Source: Zootoca vivipara
Lineage: Eukaryota
DNA length: 64,000 nt
Assembly (NCBI RefSeq): GCF_963506605.1
Contig: NC_083285.1
Location: forward strand, 69,378,001 to 69,442,000
Direction: 5' to 3'
This document shows, in pieces, positions 33,321-45,000 of the stretch; the stretch's first letter is position 1; the number at the start of each line of letters is the position of its first letter. A model generated the notes under the pieces. The model was given only the letters and a program-made list of their open reading frames with translations. It did not search any database and had not been told where the DNA came from. The position numbers were made by a program, and so were the translations under genes.

Positions 33321-35801
33321 TGTTTAAAGAATATATTTAAAAATGAATAAACCACATGAGACATGAGATCATTTCTCCTTTTCCTCTTTTATTAAATTTA
33401 TTATTAACATTTCTATTACATATTTCACATTTATACAATAACCATCCAAACAATTTCCTCCTTTTCTTTTCTTTCTTTTGGTGGCATTAGTTTTTATACA
33501 CTTTGTATGTTCCTATTTTATCACATGGACCAGCCCCCTGCTGAAAAAGTTTGCTGACCCCTGGTCTAAACCCCTGAGCCTCTTGGGCTTGCCGATCGGA
33601 AGGTCGGCAGTTCGAATCCCCGCGACGGGGTGAGCTCCCGTCGCTCTGTCCCAGCTCCTGCCAACATAGCAGTTCGAAAGCACACCAGTGCAAGTAGATA
33701 AATAGGTACCGCTGTGGTGGGCAAGGTAAATGGTGTTTCTGTGCGCTCTGGCACTCATCACTATTGCACCAATAGTGGTTTAGTCCTGCTGGCCACATGA
33801 CCCGGAAAGCTGTCTGTGGACAAACGCCATCTCCCTCGGCCTGAAAGCGAGATGAGCGCCGCAACCCAATAGTCGCCTTTGACTGGACGTAACCGTCCAG
33901 GGTTTCCTTTTCACCTTATTAGTTTTTATACATGTTGTATACAGTCATACCTCGGAAGTCGAACGCCTTCCAAGTCGAACGTTTTGGCCCCTCGAATGCC
34001 ACAAACCCGGAATTGAGTGTTCCGGTTTGAGACCATTCTTCTGGAACCCAAACGTCTGACGCGGGTTCTGTGGCTTCCGATTGGCTGCAGGAGCTTCCTG
34101 CAGCCAATTGGAAGCTGCGCCTTGGTCTCCAAAAGTTTTGGAAGTCGAATGGACCTCCGCAACAGATTCCGTTCGACTTCCAGGGTACCGCTCTATTTAT
34201 ATTTTGTGTTCACAAAGTGTATCACATGAGTACCCCCTGTTTATTTCCCCTGTTCTCTGTCCATGTTATTCTCTGAATCCCAAGAGACATAAGAACCTGA
34301 GAAGAGGCTGCTGGATCAGGCCAGGGAGGCCAGTATCCTGCTATCATAATGGCCAACAGGAGGTCCCTCGATGGGCAGCCCACAGGCAGTATCTGAGGCA
34401 GAAAGCATCCTTCAGGGTCCTGCTCCTCTTCCTGTGGTCTCCTCCTGTGGTCTCTTCCAATTCTATGATTCCTGGTCCCAAGTCAGTAAAAAAAAACCTC
34501 TCTTCTGCCTCTTGCTCAGGAACAGGAGATGTGACGGACGTGGGCCTGGGGAAGGGGCGTTACTACAGCGTCAACGTCCCCATTCAAGACGGCATCCAAG
34601 ACGACAGATACTTCCAGATCTGCGAGAGGTAAGAACCCACCACCCGGTGGCCCTTTGGGAGCAAAGGTTTTCGGTGGTTCTCCTGCAGTTCCTCCTTTGG
34701 CGCTCCTGCTCCCTCTGCCCCTCCTGGCATAACCCGCACTCAGGGCTCGCTCTGTCTCCCATCAGATTGTTCTAGGCGAGCTGCTGGAATTGGCCCTGCG
34801 GCTTTTGAAACACTTCCGGGCTCCATGAGGAAGCAGGGCCGCCTTTAGCATATGCAGATGCAGCTCAGTCACCAGACCTCTGGGCAAGGCCATTGCACAC
34901 TCCACATGGCCAAGAAGATTGGGCTGGGGCTCTCCTGCCAGTGGCTCCCTACCTGGCTGCTGTGGTCTAAACCCCTGGGCCTCTTGGGCTTGCCAGTCGG
35001 AAGGTCAGCGGTTCGAATCCCCACAACGGGGTGAGCTCCCATTGCTCTGTCCCAGCTCCTGCCAGCCTAGCAGTTCTAAAGCACGCCAGTGCAAGTAGAT
35101 AAATAGGTACCGCTGCGGCGGGAAGGTAAGCAGCATTTCCGTGCGCTCTGGTTTCCGTCACGGTTGTGCCAGAAGCGGTTGAGTCCTGCTGGAAAATTGT
35201 CTGTGGACAAACGCCAGCTCCCTCGGCCCAAAAGCGAGATGAGTGCCACAACCGCAGAGTCGCCTTGGACTGGACCTAACTTCTGCTGCCAGTGGCTCCC
35301 TGCCTGCCTGCTCTCCGGGTAACGGGGCTTCGTTCTTCTCCCTGCAGTGTTCTGAAGGAGGTCTACGCAGCGTTCAGCCCTGAGGCCGTCGTCCTGCAGT
35401 TGGGGGCAGACACCATCGCTGGTGACCCCATGTGCTCCTTCAACTTGACCCCCGAAGGGGTCGGCCGGTGCCTGAAGTACGTGTTGCAGTGGCAGCGCCC
35501 GACCCTCGTCCTGGGAGGAGGTGAGTGAAGGCGGCCGGGAGGGCAGAGGGGCATCGGGCTTGGGGCTTGGCCACCGTTCAACTGGGCTTCCAAGCCCACC
35601 TTGGAGTCCCCAGAGTGGCAGGGAGTTCCCAGGGCAACTTCTCAAGGACTAGTTCCTTCTGAAGCCAGCCCTGGGATGATTTTGTTCATTCCATTTCTCT
35701 CCCATTTCCATCTTCTCTTCTATATGTCTCACAGTTTTTTACAAACCCACATGAAAACATCAAATAAAGCAATCCGGAATAAAACATGGCTGAAGGATGT
35801 C

Positions 35802-35849
<48 letters not shown>

Positions 35850-36236
35850 TATTTATACCCCACCCACACTGGGCAGCTCCCAACAGAATATTCACAATAA
35901 AACATCAAACATTAAAAACTTCCCTAAACAGGGAACATAAAGTATACATTCAAAGAAACTTAATTAACAAGGAACTAGAACGTTAGAGGTTTCAAAAGGA
36001 AATGTGACAGAGGTGGTCAACTACAAAACACACATTCAACATGGCAAAGTTGACAAAAAAAACCCAACACCATAAACATTTCAAAAGAGAACATTACTAA
36101 AGGGAATCAAAAATAAAATGTGCATTTAACAAAGCATGAAGAATCGTAAGCACAGAACATTGGGTAAGCATATTCTGTCGGGAACCGCCCAGAGTGGCTA
36201 GGGAAACCCAGCCAGATGGGTGGGCTATACATAATA

Positions 36237-36279
<43 letters not shown>

Positions 36280-39200
36280 TATTTACATATCTGCTGTTGC
36301 TGCCAATCTTGCCCATGGTGGTTCACGGCAGGCAGCAGCTGTGGAAGCTGAACTAATAATAAAGACAAGATCAGAGATGAGAGAAGTTAGGCTAGTCAGG
36401 GGCGCAGCTGGGCCACCAGCCGAGGCTGATGGAAGGCCCTCTGTGCCACCGAGGCTACCTGAGCCTCAGGCGACAGCAAAGGATCCAGGACTCCCCCCCC
36501 CCAAGCTACGCACTTGCTCCTTCAGAGGAAGTATAACCCCATCAAGAGCAGGCGACCTCCCAGCCATCCAGTTTAGCCTATGTCTAATCTGGATTGAGCT
36601 TCAGTTTCTTGGCTGTCATCCAGTCCATTATTGAGGCAAGACAGCCGCTCAGCTCACCTGCCGCCTCACCTGGAGAAGCAGAGCTGCTCACCACGGGCTC
36701 CTTCCCTCCACGCCCCTCACGCCTCCTCTTTCTTCCCTTTCCGGACTTCCTGCTCCTTCGCTCCTGGAGGCAGGAGGCTACCATCTCGCCAACACGGCTC
36801 GCTGCTGGGCGTATTTGACGGCGGTCATCTTAGGGAAAACGTTGCCCTCCGAGATCCCGGATCACAAGGTGAGGCCTCGGCTACATAGAAGAACCAAGCC
36901 ATTCCTCTTGGGCAGAAACCCCTGCCAGCCTTTTGCTGAGAGTCCTCCTAGTCACATTAATAATACTATAATAGTATTCTTTATACCCCTGTTGCCCCTG
37001 GCACTCTGGATGGCATCCAACAGAATAGATATAAAAATAGTGAACTGTCAGGCATTGAAAACTTCCCAATACAGGGCAGCTTTCCGATGTCCTCTGAATG
37101 TAACACAACCGCTTATTTCCTTGGCATCTGATGGGAGGGCATTCCAGAGGGCAGGTGCCACTACCGAGAAGGCCCTCTACCTGTTTCACTGTGACTTCGC
37201 TTCTCGCATTAGGGGAACTGCCAGAAGGCTCTTGGAAGTGGACCTCAGTAACAATACAGTGGTACCTTGGTTCTCAAACTTAATCCGTTCCGGAAGTCCG
37301 TTCCAAAACCAAAGCGTTCCAAAACCAAGGTGCGCTTTCCCATAGAAAGTAATGCAAAATGAATTAATCCATTCCAGACTTTTAAAAACAACCCCTGAAA
37401 CAGCAGTTTAACATGGATTTTACTATCTAATGAGACCATCAATCCATAAAATGAAAGCAGTAATCAATGTACCGTACTATAAAATAAATAAGACACTATT
37501 GTACGTGATAATTTAATATAAAAAAAAATACTTGCCTGCACTGATGATAGTCATTGTTTGGATGGGGGACTTTTATCTATTTCCACAGTCACACAATCAG
37601 TCAATCAATAACTGAACTGAGTTCCACACAGTCACAAAAACAAATTAACCGAAAACGCCTCAAAAACAAAACCACAAATAAATAGCAAAAACAAAAGCGC
37701 CAAACTTAATCAGTTCCGGAAGTCCATTCGACTTCCGAAATGTTCAAAAACCAAGGTGCAGCTTCTGATTGGTGCAGGTGCCCTGGAAACAATAGCCAAC
37801 AACCGAATCGGATGTTCGGCTTCCGAAAAACGTTCGCAAACCGGAACACTTCTGGGTTTTCGGCGTTTGAGAACCAAAGCGTTTGAGAACCAAGGTACCA
37901 CTGTTAAGTCGCACTGCCTTGTTGCATTGCCATCCCCTCCGAGGGGTTTCAGAAGCCAGCCCAAATCAGATGGCATGTGTTGAGAGTAGGGTCCCTTGCT
38001 TGCTTGCACAAAACTCTCTTACGGGATACGTGCATTAGCTACTCAGAAACGAGAATGCAGTAGCCAAAGCTTCCTGCCCCTTTTAATAAATTGGTTTTCA
38101 TCAACGTATAAGCAAACAAGTTCCCCTCTTTCCCACCCTCCTCCCCCTGGAACAGAAGATCAGTGTATAAGAGTTTGCCATATGTAAGGTCGGTGGGTGG
38201 TTAGTTAGGGCAAGAGGGCAGGTTTCTATTCCCAGGGAGAGGAAACAGCCCTTTGCTTGTGAAGTCAAGAGACTCGCGTGCAACATGGCCAAGGCGGGAT
38301 GGGTTACCTCCCTCTGTGTGTCTTGCCTGGCTTAGATCTGCCAGGAGTGGCTCCCGTTTCCTTCCTTTCACCCTTTCCTTCCTCCTCTGGCAGTACTTCA
38401 CGGAATACGGCCCTGATTACGTCTTGGAAGTTACACCAAGCTGCAGGCTGGACCGCAACGAGCCCCAGAGAATCCAAGAAATCCTCGGCTGCATTAAAAG
38501 TGAGTCCTGCCCTCCTCACCTGGAGGAAGGAGGCCGCAGAGATGAGCCTGGTCCCAGGGAAGGGGCGTCGTTCGGTCACAGAGCATCTGCTTTGGGCGCA
38601 GAAGGGATCAAGCCCCAGTGTCTCCAGATGGGACTGTCGAGGTGGGAGGGGTCCCAGGGGTCATCTAGTCCAACCCCCTGCAGTGCAGGGATCTCAGCTA
38701 AAGAATTGCTCCAGCCACACCTTTAAAAAAACCTCCCATGAAGGAGAGCCCATCTTTCTTCTCCAGGTAAAAGGGAGGGCTTTGCGAATGTTGTTCAGGT
38801 GGCCTCATTGGCCCGGAGTGCCTTCCATCAGCTTCGGCTGGTGGCCCAGCTACGCCCCTATCTGGACAGGAATAGCCTAACTACTGTTGTCTATGCTCTG
38901 GCAACCTCAAGGTTAGATTACTGCAATGCATTATACATAGGGCTGCCTCTGAAGACGGTTCAGAAACTCCAGCTAGTGCAGAATTCAGCGGCCAAGTTGC
39001 TTACCTGATGGTCTGAGCATATTACACCAATCTAGTTTCTGGGCCCAATTCAAAGTGCTGGTTTTGACCCATAAAGCCTTAAACAGCTCAGGACCGCAAT
39101 ACCTCAAGAACCGCCTTTTTCCATATGAACCTACCTGGACCCTGAGAACATCTTCAGAGACCCTCCTTCGTGTGCCTCCTCCTTGAGAGGTCCAGAGGGT

Positions 39201-39521
39201 GGCAACATGGGAACGGGGCCTTTTCTGCAGTGGCTCCCCGTCTGTGGTATGCTCTCCCCAGGGAAGTTCACCTGGCGCCTTCATTATACACCTTTAGGCA
39301 CCAGGCAAAAACGTTCCTTTTTAACCAGGCTTCTGGTTGATCTTATTGACACCCAACACCTTTTTAGAATATGGCATTTGGGGGGGGGATTGCTTTTGGT
39401 TTGATTTTATATCTTGTGGTCTTGTTGTGTACCGCCCTGAGACCTCCGGGTATAGGACGGTGTAGAAGCTGAATAAATAATAATAATAATGCTTGCAGGC
39501 AACCTGAAGAATGTGGTGTAG
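17707..39521 (+). CDS. HDAC8: Histone deacetylase 8, complete, 11 exons, 373 aa
   Basis: Exons 17707-17805, 19066-19118, 20486-20616, 21839-21980, 24761-24873, 32423-32500, 34520-34628, 35348-35520, 36774-36868, 38394-38499, 39499-39521 (1122 nt, in frame). Motifs [36 protein letters not shown]; ends NLKNVV-stop. Confidence 0.97.
19066..19118 (+). CDS. HDAC8: HDAC8 exon 2
   Basis: [17 protein letters not shown]. Confidence 0.95.
19213..19725 (+). mobile_element. Second copy of the same DNA transposon (shows the empty Gypsy target site)
   Basis: Contains AACATTATAGCATATGTATCCATGTTTGTTAAC uninterrupted. Confidence 0.7.
20486..20616 (+). CDS. HDAC8: HDAC8 exon 3
   Basis: [43 protein letters not shown]. 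Confidence 0.95.
21839..21980 (+). CDS. HDAC8: HDAC8 exon 4
   Basis: [46 protein letters not shown]. Confidence 0.95.
23180..24110 (-). mobile_element. L1-clade LINE ORF2 C-terminal fragment
   Basis: RWYLTP..L.....CWKC......HMWWTC zinc-knuckle region. Confidence 0.8.
24761..24873 (+). CDS. HDAC8: HDAC8 exon 5
   Basis: [37 protein letters not shown]. Confidence 0.95.
26402..27628 (+). CDS. Gag (coiled coil, capsid-like domain, EPMQID motif, CCHC knuckle)
   Basis: ATG at 26402; [14 protein letters not shown]; PEG10/RTL-like capsid region. Confidence 0.9.
   Translation: MSVSEAERWRQIAEQAQQELQQLSLQAQGELKAAKEETKKVQDDRLQLAEQVRALQEREQELRAVAVDLQNKLDAEKNKAGGAPQVQVLPGRRAGTLVSKFNGDPKEYQGFETEIVYALELHHDEFPDDEHRVAFIVEHLTGAAREWLRPLIATKNPCMKNVKLFLEGLKTMYSSDSHMDQTKEELHNLRQGNVTVRAYWAKFTMLVHRLGWELESPPMQAAFYLGLHEEVKDELSRGPKPSNMDQLSKAALAVGVRQESRWSDKQATRAKRAWFPRSQEKPPSQQPFQATPGASQDQEPMQIDSARARAFQTPAAPRRKEGRGGNCFLCNSPQHLVRDCPHRREWQGKAGTVVPSPTDAAPQQGNGKAWLQETRGSSQAQSADNSPSPPTSTERSRASPPLPEQEWF
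27499..31615 (+). pseudogene. Pol (PR-RT-RNaseH-IN-chromodomain) in the -1 frame, with one stop and one frameshift
   Basis: LIDSGA, LDLRGAY, FLDD, TDASD, HHCC, D-D-E, GPF, chromodomain ([19 protein letters not shown]); TGA at 29143-29145; frame change in the G8 run 29593-29600. Confidence 0.93.
32423..32500 (+). CDS. HDAC8: HDAC8 exon 6 (GC donor)
   Basis: [25 protein letters not shown]; followed by GCAAGT. Confidence 0.93.
34520..34628 (+). CDS. HDAC8: HDAC8 exon 7
   Basis: [35 protein letters not shown]. Confidence 0.95.
35348..35520 (+). CDS. HDAC8: HDAC8 exon 8
   Basis: [57 protein letters not shown]. Confidence 0.95.
36774..36868 (+). CDS. HDAC8: HDAC8 exon 9
   Basis: [31 protein letters not shown]. 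Confidence 0.95.
38394..38499 (+). CDS. HDAC8: HDAC8 exon 10
   Basis: [35 protein letters not shown]. Confidence 0.95.
38795..39490 (+). mobile_element. L2 LINE 3' fragment in HDAC8 intron 10
   Basis: [20 protein letters not shown]; (TAA)n tail. Confidence 0.88.
39499..39521 (+). CDS. HDAC8: HDAC8 exon 11 (coding part)
   Basis: NLKNVV-TAG after TTGCAG acceptor. Confidence 0.9.
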
Positions 39522-39886
39522 CGGAAGAGGACGGATCCTGCCTTCGCTCCTGCCAAAGGCTTCCTGGGAGAGCAAATTTGCCGGTCGCCGCTGCCAGATT
39601 CTTGGAGAAAGCCTCTGGGGGTCTCTGGCAGGCCCCCCCCCCCGGCCACCAACCCATCACGGCTCCATCTCATTGCCCACTTTTATAAAGCGGCTGGTTC
39701 TTGGGAGGAGTTCGTTGGGGTTGGAGCTGCTGCTTCTTTTTTTCACAAGGAGGGGTCATTTGGTACCCTGGCCTGGTTTTGCTGTTAGAAAAGCGTTATC
39801 TCCCCCAGGCAGAGCCCCGTCTGCTAACTAAAATGCCCTGCGCAGCCGAGGTGGGTTGTGTCCTGTTGTTGGTTGTCTGCTCTGAA

Positions 39887-39892
39887 AATAAA
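39887..39892 (+). terminator. Probable HDAC8 polyadenylation signal
   Basis: AATAAA ~370 nt after the stop, followed by a T/GT-rich tract. Confidence 0.7.
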
Positions 39893-40469
39893 AGTGTTTG
39901 ATATATTTCCTTTTCGTCTTTCCTTGGTTCTCTGTCGTTTCCCCAGTTGGTGGCTGGTCTCGTCCCAGTCCCTCTTTCTGGGGTTTCATTGCAGGGGCTG
40001 CATCTGTTTGAAGCCTTCGACGTGGCCTCTCTAGTTTCCACAGCAGAAGCACACACCCCCCCAAAAAATATCAATTCCAAACAATCTCCCTGTTGTGCAG
40101 GAAATGCTTAGTAAAGTCATTGCCCCTGATACAGATTTCCCCTCATCCCTGGCAGGGAGGAGAGGGGCCATTTTGGTGTCTGCCTCAGGTGCCAAAGTGC
40201 CTTGGGCTAGCCCTGCTGGCAGCCTACCCTGAAAGGGCCTGTGTCAATGTGGCATTCCGGCTCTAGCACCCATAGGACCTGGGAGACGAGGGTTCGAATC
40301 CCCTCTCCTGCTGGGTGCTCTTGGACCGATCACTGTCTTTCAGCTTGGCCTACCTCCCAGGGCTGTTGTGGGGATAGAATGGGGTTGGGGGGAGAACCAT
40401 GCCTGCCACATGGACCTTCTTGGGGAAATGGTGGGATCTGGATGTCACAATAAATACCGGTAGCTATTT

Positions 40470-41445
40470 CAGTTGGTAAGGCTTGAGGATGTGGACAATG
40501 TGCTCGGATCAGTCAGGGCAAACACGTGCGCTCTAGACCCTGGCCCCTCTTGGCTGATAAAATCCAGCAGGGATGGAACAGCTGGCTGGGCCAGGCAGGT
40601 GATCAATGCCTCTTTACGAGAGTGGGTGGTCACTGCCTGTTTGAAGGAGGCAGTGGGAAAACTACAGGGGCACCTTGGTTCTCAAATGCCTTGGTACTCA
40701 AGCAACTTGGAACCCAAACATTGGAAACCCAGAAGTGAATGTTCTGGTTTGCGAACTTTTTTCGGAAACCGAACATGCTCCGTTTTGAGTGTTACACTTC
40801 CGATTTGAGTGTTAACGCTGAGGTTTGTCTGTCTTTACTATGTATTTTGCGGTTTGTTTTGTTTTTTGCGGCTCTTTTTGTTTTGTTTTTGTGACTGTGT
40901 GGAACCCAGTTCAGCTACTGATAGATTGGTTGTGTGACTGCGGCACATTGTTTATTGCTTTCATTTTAAGGATCTATGTTCTCATTAGATAGTAAAATTC
41001 ATGTTAAATTGCTGTTTTAGGGGTTGTTTTCCAAAGTCTGGAACAGATTAATCCATTTTGCATTACTTTCTATGGGAAAGCATGTCTTGGTTTTGGAACA
41101 CTTTGGTTTTGAAACGCACTTCTGGAATGGATTAAGTTTGAGAACCAAGGGACCTCTGTATTCCTTAAGGAACCTTCCCTGGATTCAGAAAACCTAACCA
41201 ACTACTGGTCAGTTGCCAATCTCCCTTTCCTGAGCAAGGTTCTGGAGCGAATGGTTATGGACCAGATCCAGGCACTTTTGGAAGAAACTGGTTTTCTGGA
41301 TCCATTTCAGTTGGGGTTTTGGCCCGGTTTTGGCACAGAAACTGCTTTGGTCGCACTGTATGATGACCTCTGTCAAGAGAGAGACAAGGGAAACATCTCC
41401 CTGTTAATTCTCCTCAACTTCTCAGCAGCTTTTGATAACATCGAC
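40470..41445 (+). mobile_element. L2 RT fragment split by a Tc1/pogo-type MITE (~40663-41160)
   Basis: TCALDPGPSWLIK ... LDPFQLGF..G.GTETAL..LLILLNFSAAFD. Confidence 0.75.
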
Positions 41446-42089
41446 CTGCAGGGCAGGAGTGACTCTAAACTAGGAGGTAGGGGAGAACCATGCCTGCCAC
41501 ATGGACCTTCTTGGGGGGAAAGGTGGGGTCTGAATGTCACAATAAACCACTATTTCAAGAATACAGAGGACACAATCACAGAATTGCACGCACAGAAGGA
41601 GGTTTATTGTTACTATGGAGGAAGGCGGGAGCTGGCCAGAGAGAGAGAGAGAGCAGACGACTTGCAAAGGTTTCCAAAGCCCTTTGCAAATTTCCATGGT
41701 GTGGCCTGGGCAAGGGGGTTCCAAAGTTGGCCCCATCACTTTGCAAAGCACAAGGAAAGCTTCGTTGACTCACTCAGCTAACCAGTCCACAAAAGCATCT
41801 CATCTCTATGCAGAAAATTGAGGCAGGTTTCATATCTCCTGGGGCATGTTTCCCAGTTTGGAGAGATGTGGTACTGTTGGCTAGGTCTTGGTGGAATCAA
41901 GAGTCCAAACTGGATTTATTTTGGGAAACGCCTCTTGTTTTTTTTTCTGCTCCAGGCCAATAGAGGAGGGGAGGGGGTAGATTTCCTGCAGGTGAACAGA
42001 GCAGTTGGGGAAAAGGGGCTGGCCTCGGACCTGTCAGGAAGCTGGAGGTCCTTGGGTGCTCCTCTCAGGCCGAGGGTGGCAGTTCAGGC

Positions 42090-45000
42090 CTAATAGCTGG
42101 CCTTGAATTTGCAAAGGAATGGCAAACTAGTCGTACAGGAACGCTGGGTCCATTTCGTGGAACCTGCAGGGCAGAAGGTTGAGAGTGAATCCTAGGGAGT
42201 GTCCAGAAGGGGAGAGAATGTAGACTTCCTTTTGAGTAAATAAAGTATTTCCTTCCCTGTTTGGGAGGAGGGACAATTATGAGGAAAAGGAACCAAGAGA
42301 TTTGATAAATACATAAGCAGAAGTATTTTGAACAAGCNNNNNNNNNNNNNNNNNNNNNNNNNNNNNNNNNNNNNNNNNNNNNNNNNNNNNNNNNNNNNNN
42401 NNNNNNNNNNNNNNNNNNNNNNNNNNNNNNNNNNNNNNNNNNNNNNNNNNNNNNNNNNNNNNNNNNNNNNGTTTGTGAGATCTTTGTGACATCTGAGATG
42501 TTTTCAAGCATTCCCCACACCTGCACAAATGAAACATCACTGAAGCCGCCTATCAAAAAGCTGAATTCTGCATTTGAATTTAAGTTCCACCTTTGCGTGG
42601 GGCAGAGTTCCCTGTTCCCTACTCTGGGCCAAAGAACCACTCTAGACTTAGCCTACCGACCCCAATGGAGGTAACAGATCAAAAACAGAAATGCAGCCCA
42701 GGTGATACGAAGTGCCAAGTATAAAGAGGAAACTAGTGCCGTTCTCTCTCTGGAGCCTCATCTCTCCCTGTCCTCAGTTTCCTTGCCAAGTCCTTTCTGC
42801 ACAGGAATAAGTCCGTCCGCCCGTCTTTTTTTTTTTTTGTCAGTTTCCCATTTTCCCATTCTTGAGTTCTCTACCTGTATATTTCCACATCAGTTTGTGA
42901 TTCTTGGTGGGTTTGGGTTTTTTTTAAGCTCCTCCTGAACATTCATCAGCATTTTAAGGCCACTATCAACCAGTCAACACAATTTTGCAAGGCCATTTCC
43001 CCATATACAGCAGACCTTTGCATGTTACTTTTGCAGATGTTAGCATTTTAAAGCACCCTTTACCCAAGTATATGTGGTTTTGCACACACATGGCTGGAGA
43101 ACTGCATTGCAACATTCAGAGTGTCTGAAGACAGTTGTGTTTCAGTTTCCCTCAATTCCTTGAATGGAGAGGGGTTTCCCCCTCCTTCCCCAGTCTCTCT
43201 TCCTGCATACCTGAAGGAGACAGGGAGACACATTCGTATGTAGAGATGGAGGTGCTGATGCTGCGGCCGTCCCAGAGAGGTTGAGAGAAGACAGATCCAT
43301 CGTTCCAATACCAGATCAATTTCTGGAGAGAGAGAAGGAGAAAGGAACGTCCTGTGATAAAAGAGGAATGCAAGCCCATGGCTCCCCACATCCCCAGAGA
43401 GGACACAGCTGGGGAATCAGCGCAACTGACAAGGCCAAAGGGTTGGTTTGAGTCTCCAGCGGCTGGAGCCATAAAGGTGAAAGGGGACTGACAATTTGTG
43501 AGGTGGTGGGGAGATGTCACAGAATCTGTGACTTTATAGATAGCGCACGGAGAGTTGGCAAGGAGGAAAGACAATGAGGAGCTGGAGCTTCAGAACCTCC
43601 CACAGAGCCACTCCGAGCATAGCTGCCAAGTTTTCCCTTTTCTCGCGAGGAAGCCTATTCAGCATAAGGGAAAATCCCTTTAAAAAAAGGGATAACTTGG
43701 CAGCTATGACTCCGAGAAATAATCCCATCTCCATATGAGGACTTCAAGGTTTGACGTTTGGGGAAGAAAGTGGTTTCAGAGTGAAGTGAGAGCCGGTGAG
43801 CTACACTTGAAGGACCTCAAGGGAGCTGAGGAGCTCGTACAGTCTGCATCTTAAAGGTAAAGGGACCCCTGACCGTTAGGTCCAGTCACCGACGACTCGG
43901 GTTGTGGCGCTCATCTCGCTTTACTGGCCGAGGGAGCCGGCATTTGTCCGCAGACAGTTTTTTCGGCTCATGTGGCCAGCATGACTAAGCCACTTCTGGC
44001 GAAACCAGAGCAGTGCCCAGAAACGCCGTTTACCTTCCTGCCGGAGCAGTACCTATTTTATCTACTTGCACTTTGATGTGCTTTCGAACTGCTAGGTGGG
44101 CAGAAGCAGGGACCGAGCAATGGGAGCTCACTCCGTCACAGGGATTCAAACCGCCGACCTTCTGATCGGCAAGCTCTAGGCTCTTTGGTTTAGACCAGAG
44201 AGTCCTAAAGGCACCTACCGAGCTACCACGTGCAGCTTCCAAACCGATCCAGACGCTGCTAGGGTCATATTTTTGCAGGTAACGGTAAATGAAGTTTGCT
44301 TCCCTTTCAGAAAGAATGGAGGCCAGCTGGGACCCATGTCTCCTCTGGCAGCTGATCTGTAGAGAGGAGAAAGGGGGCAACGAGTGAGATGCTGCCCACA
44401 GCCAGGATTCCCAAGGACTTGGCCCTTGAGCTCTTCCCATTCCCCCTGGTGAAACTTACCTCGGCATCAAACTTTGGGAGGCTGGAGCTAAAATACTCGT
44501 AGCAGTAATTTATGTAGAAGATGGCTCCTGGAGGGCAGGGAGCGCGAGCGCTCTGGGTGCGATTGGCGGCACCTGCGAGAAATTGGATAGAGAGTGGTAT
44601 AGATGCCCCAGACCCCCAACCCTTTCCTTGACAGGTGGAGCCCCTCGAGGAAGCCCTGGCGTTAGGAATCCTGTTCCTTCCGGCTCTTTCCAAACTAATC
44701 TTTCCCCCTTGACCTTCCACCTGCTCACTCCCCACTTTATGGGAACCCAGACATTATTGCTGAAATTGTTGCAGCGCCATGTTGTCTATGCAACTCCAGC
44801 AGGGGCTTTTCCACATCTGATCTGTGATATAATAATATAATAATAATTATACCCCGCCCATCTGGCTGGGTTTCCCCAGCCACTCTGAGCAGCTTCCAAC
44901 TAAATATTAAAAACACAATAAAACATCAAACATTAAAAACTTCCCTAAACAGGGCTGCCTTCAGATGTCTTCTAAATGTCAGGTAGTTATTCATCTCCTT

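Noticed and set aside
42065-42640. ORFs spanning the N run
   Set aside because: Artifacts of the assembly gap.
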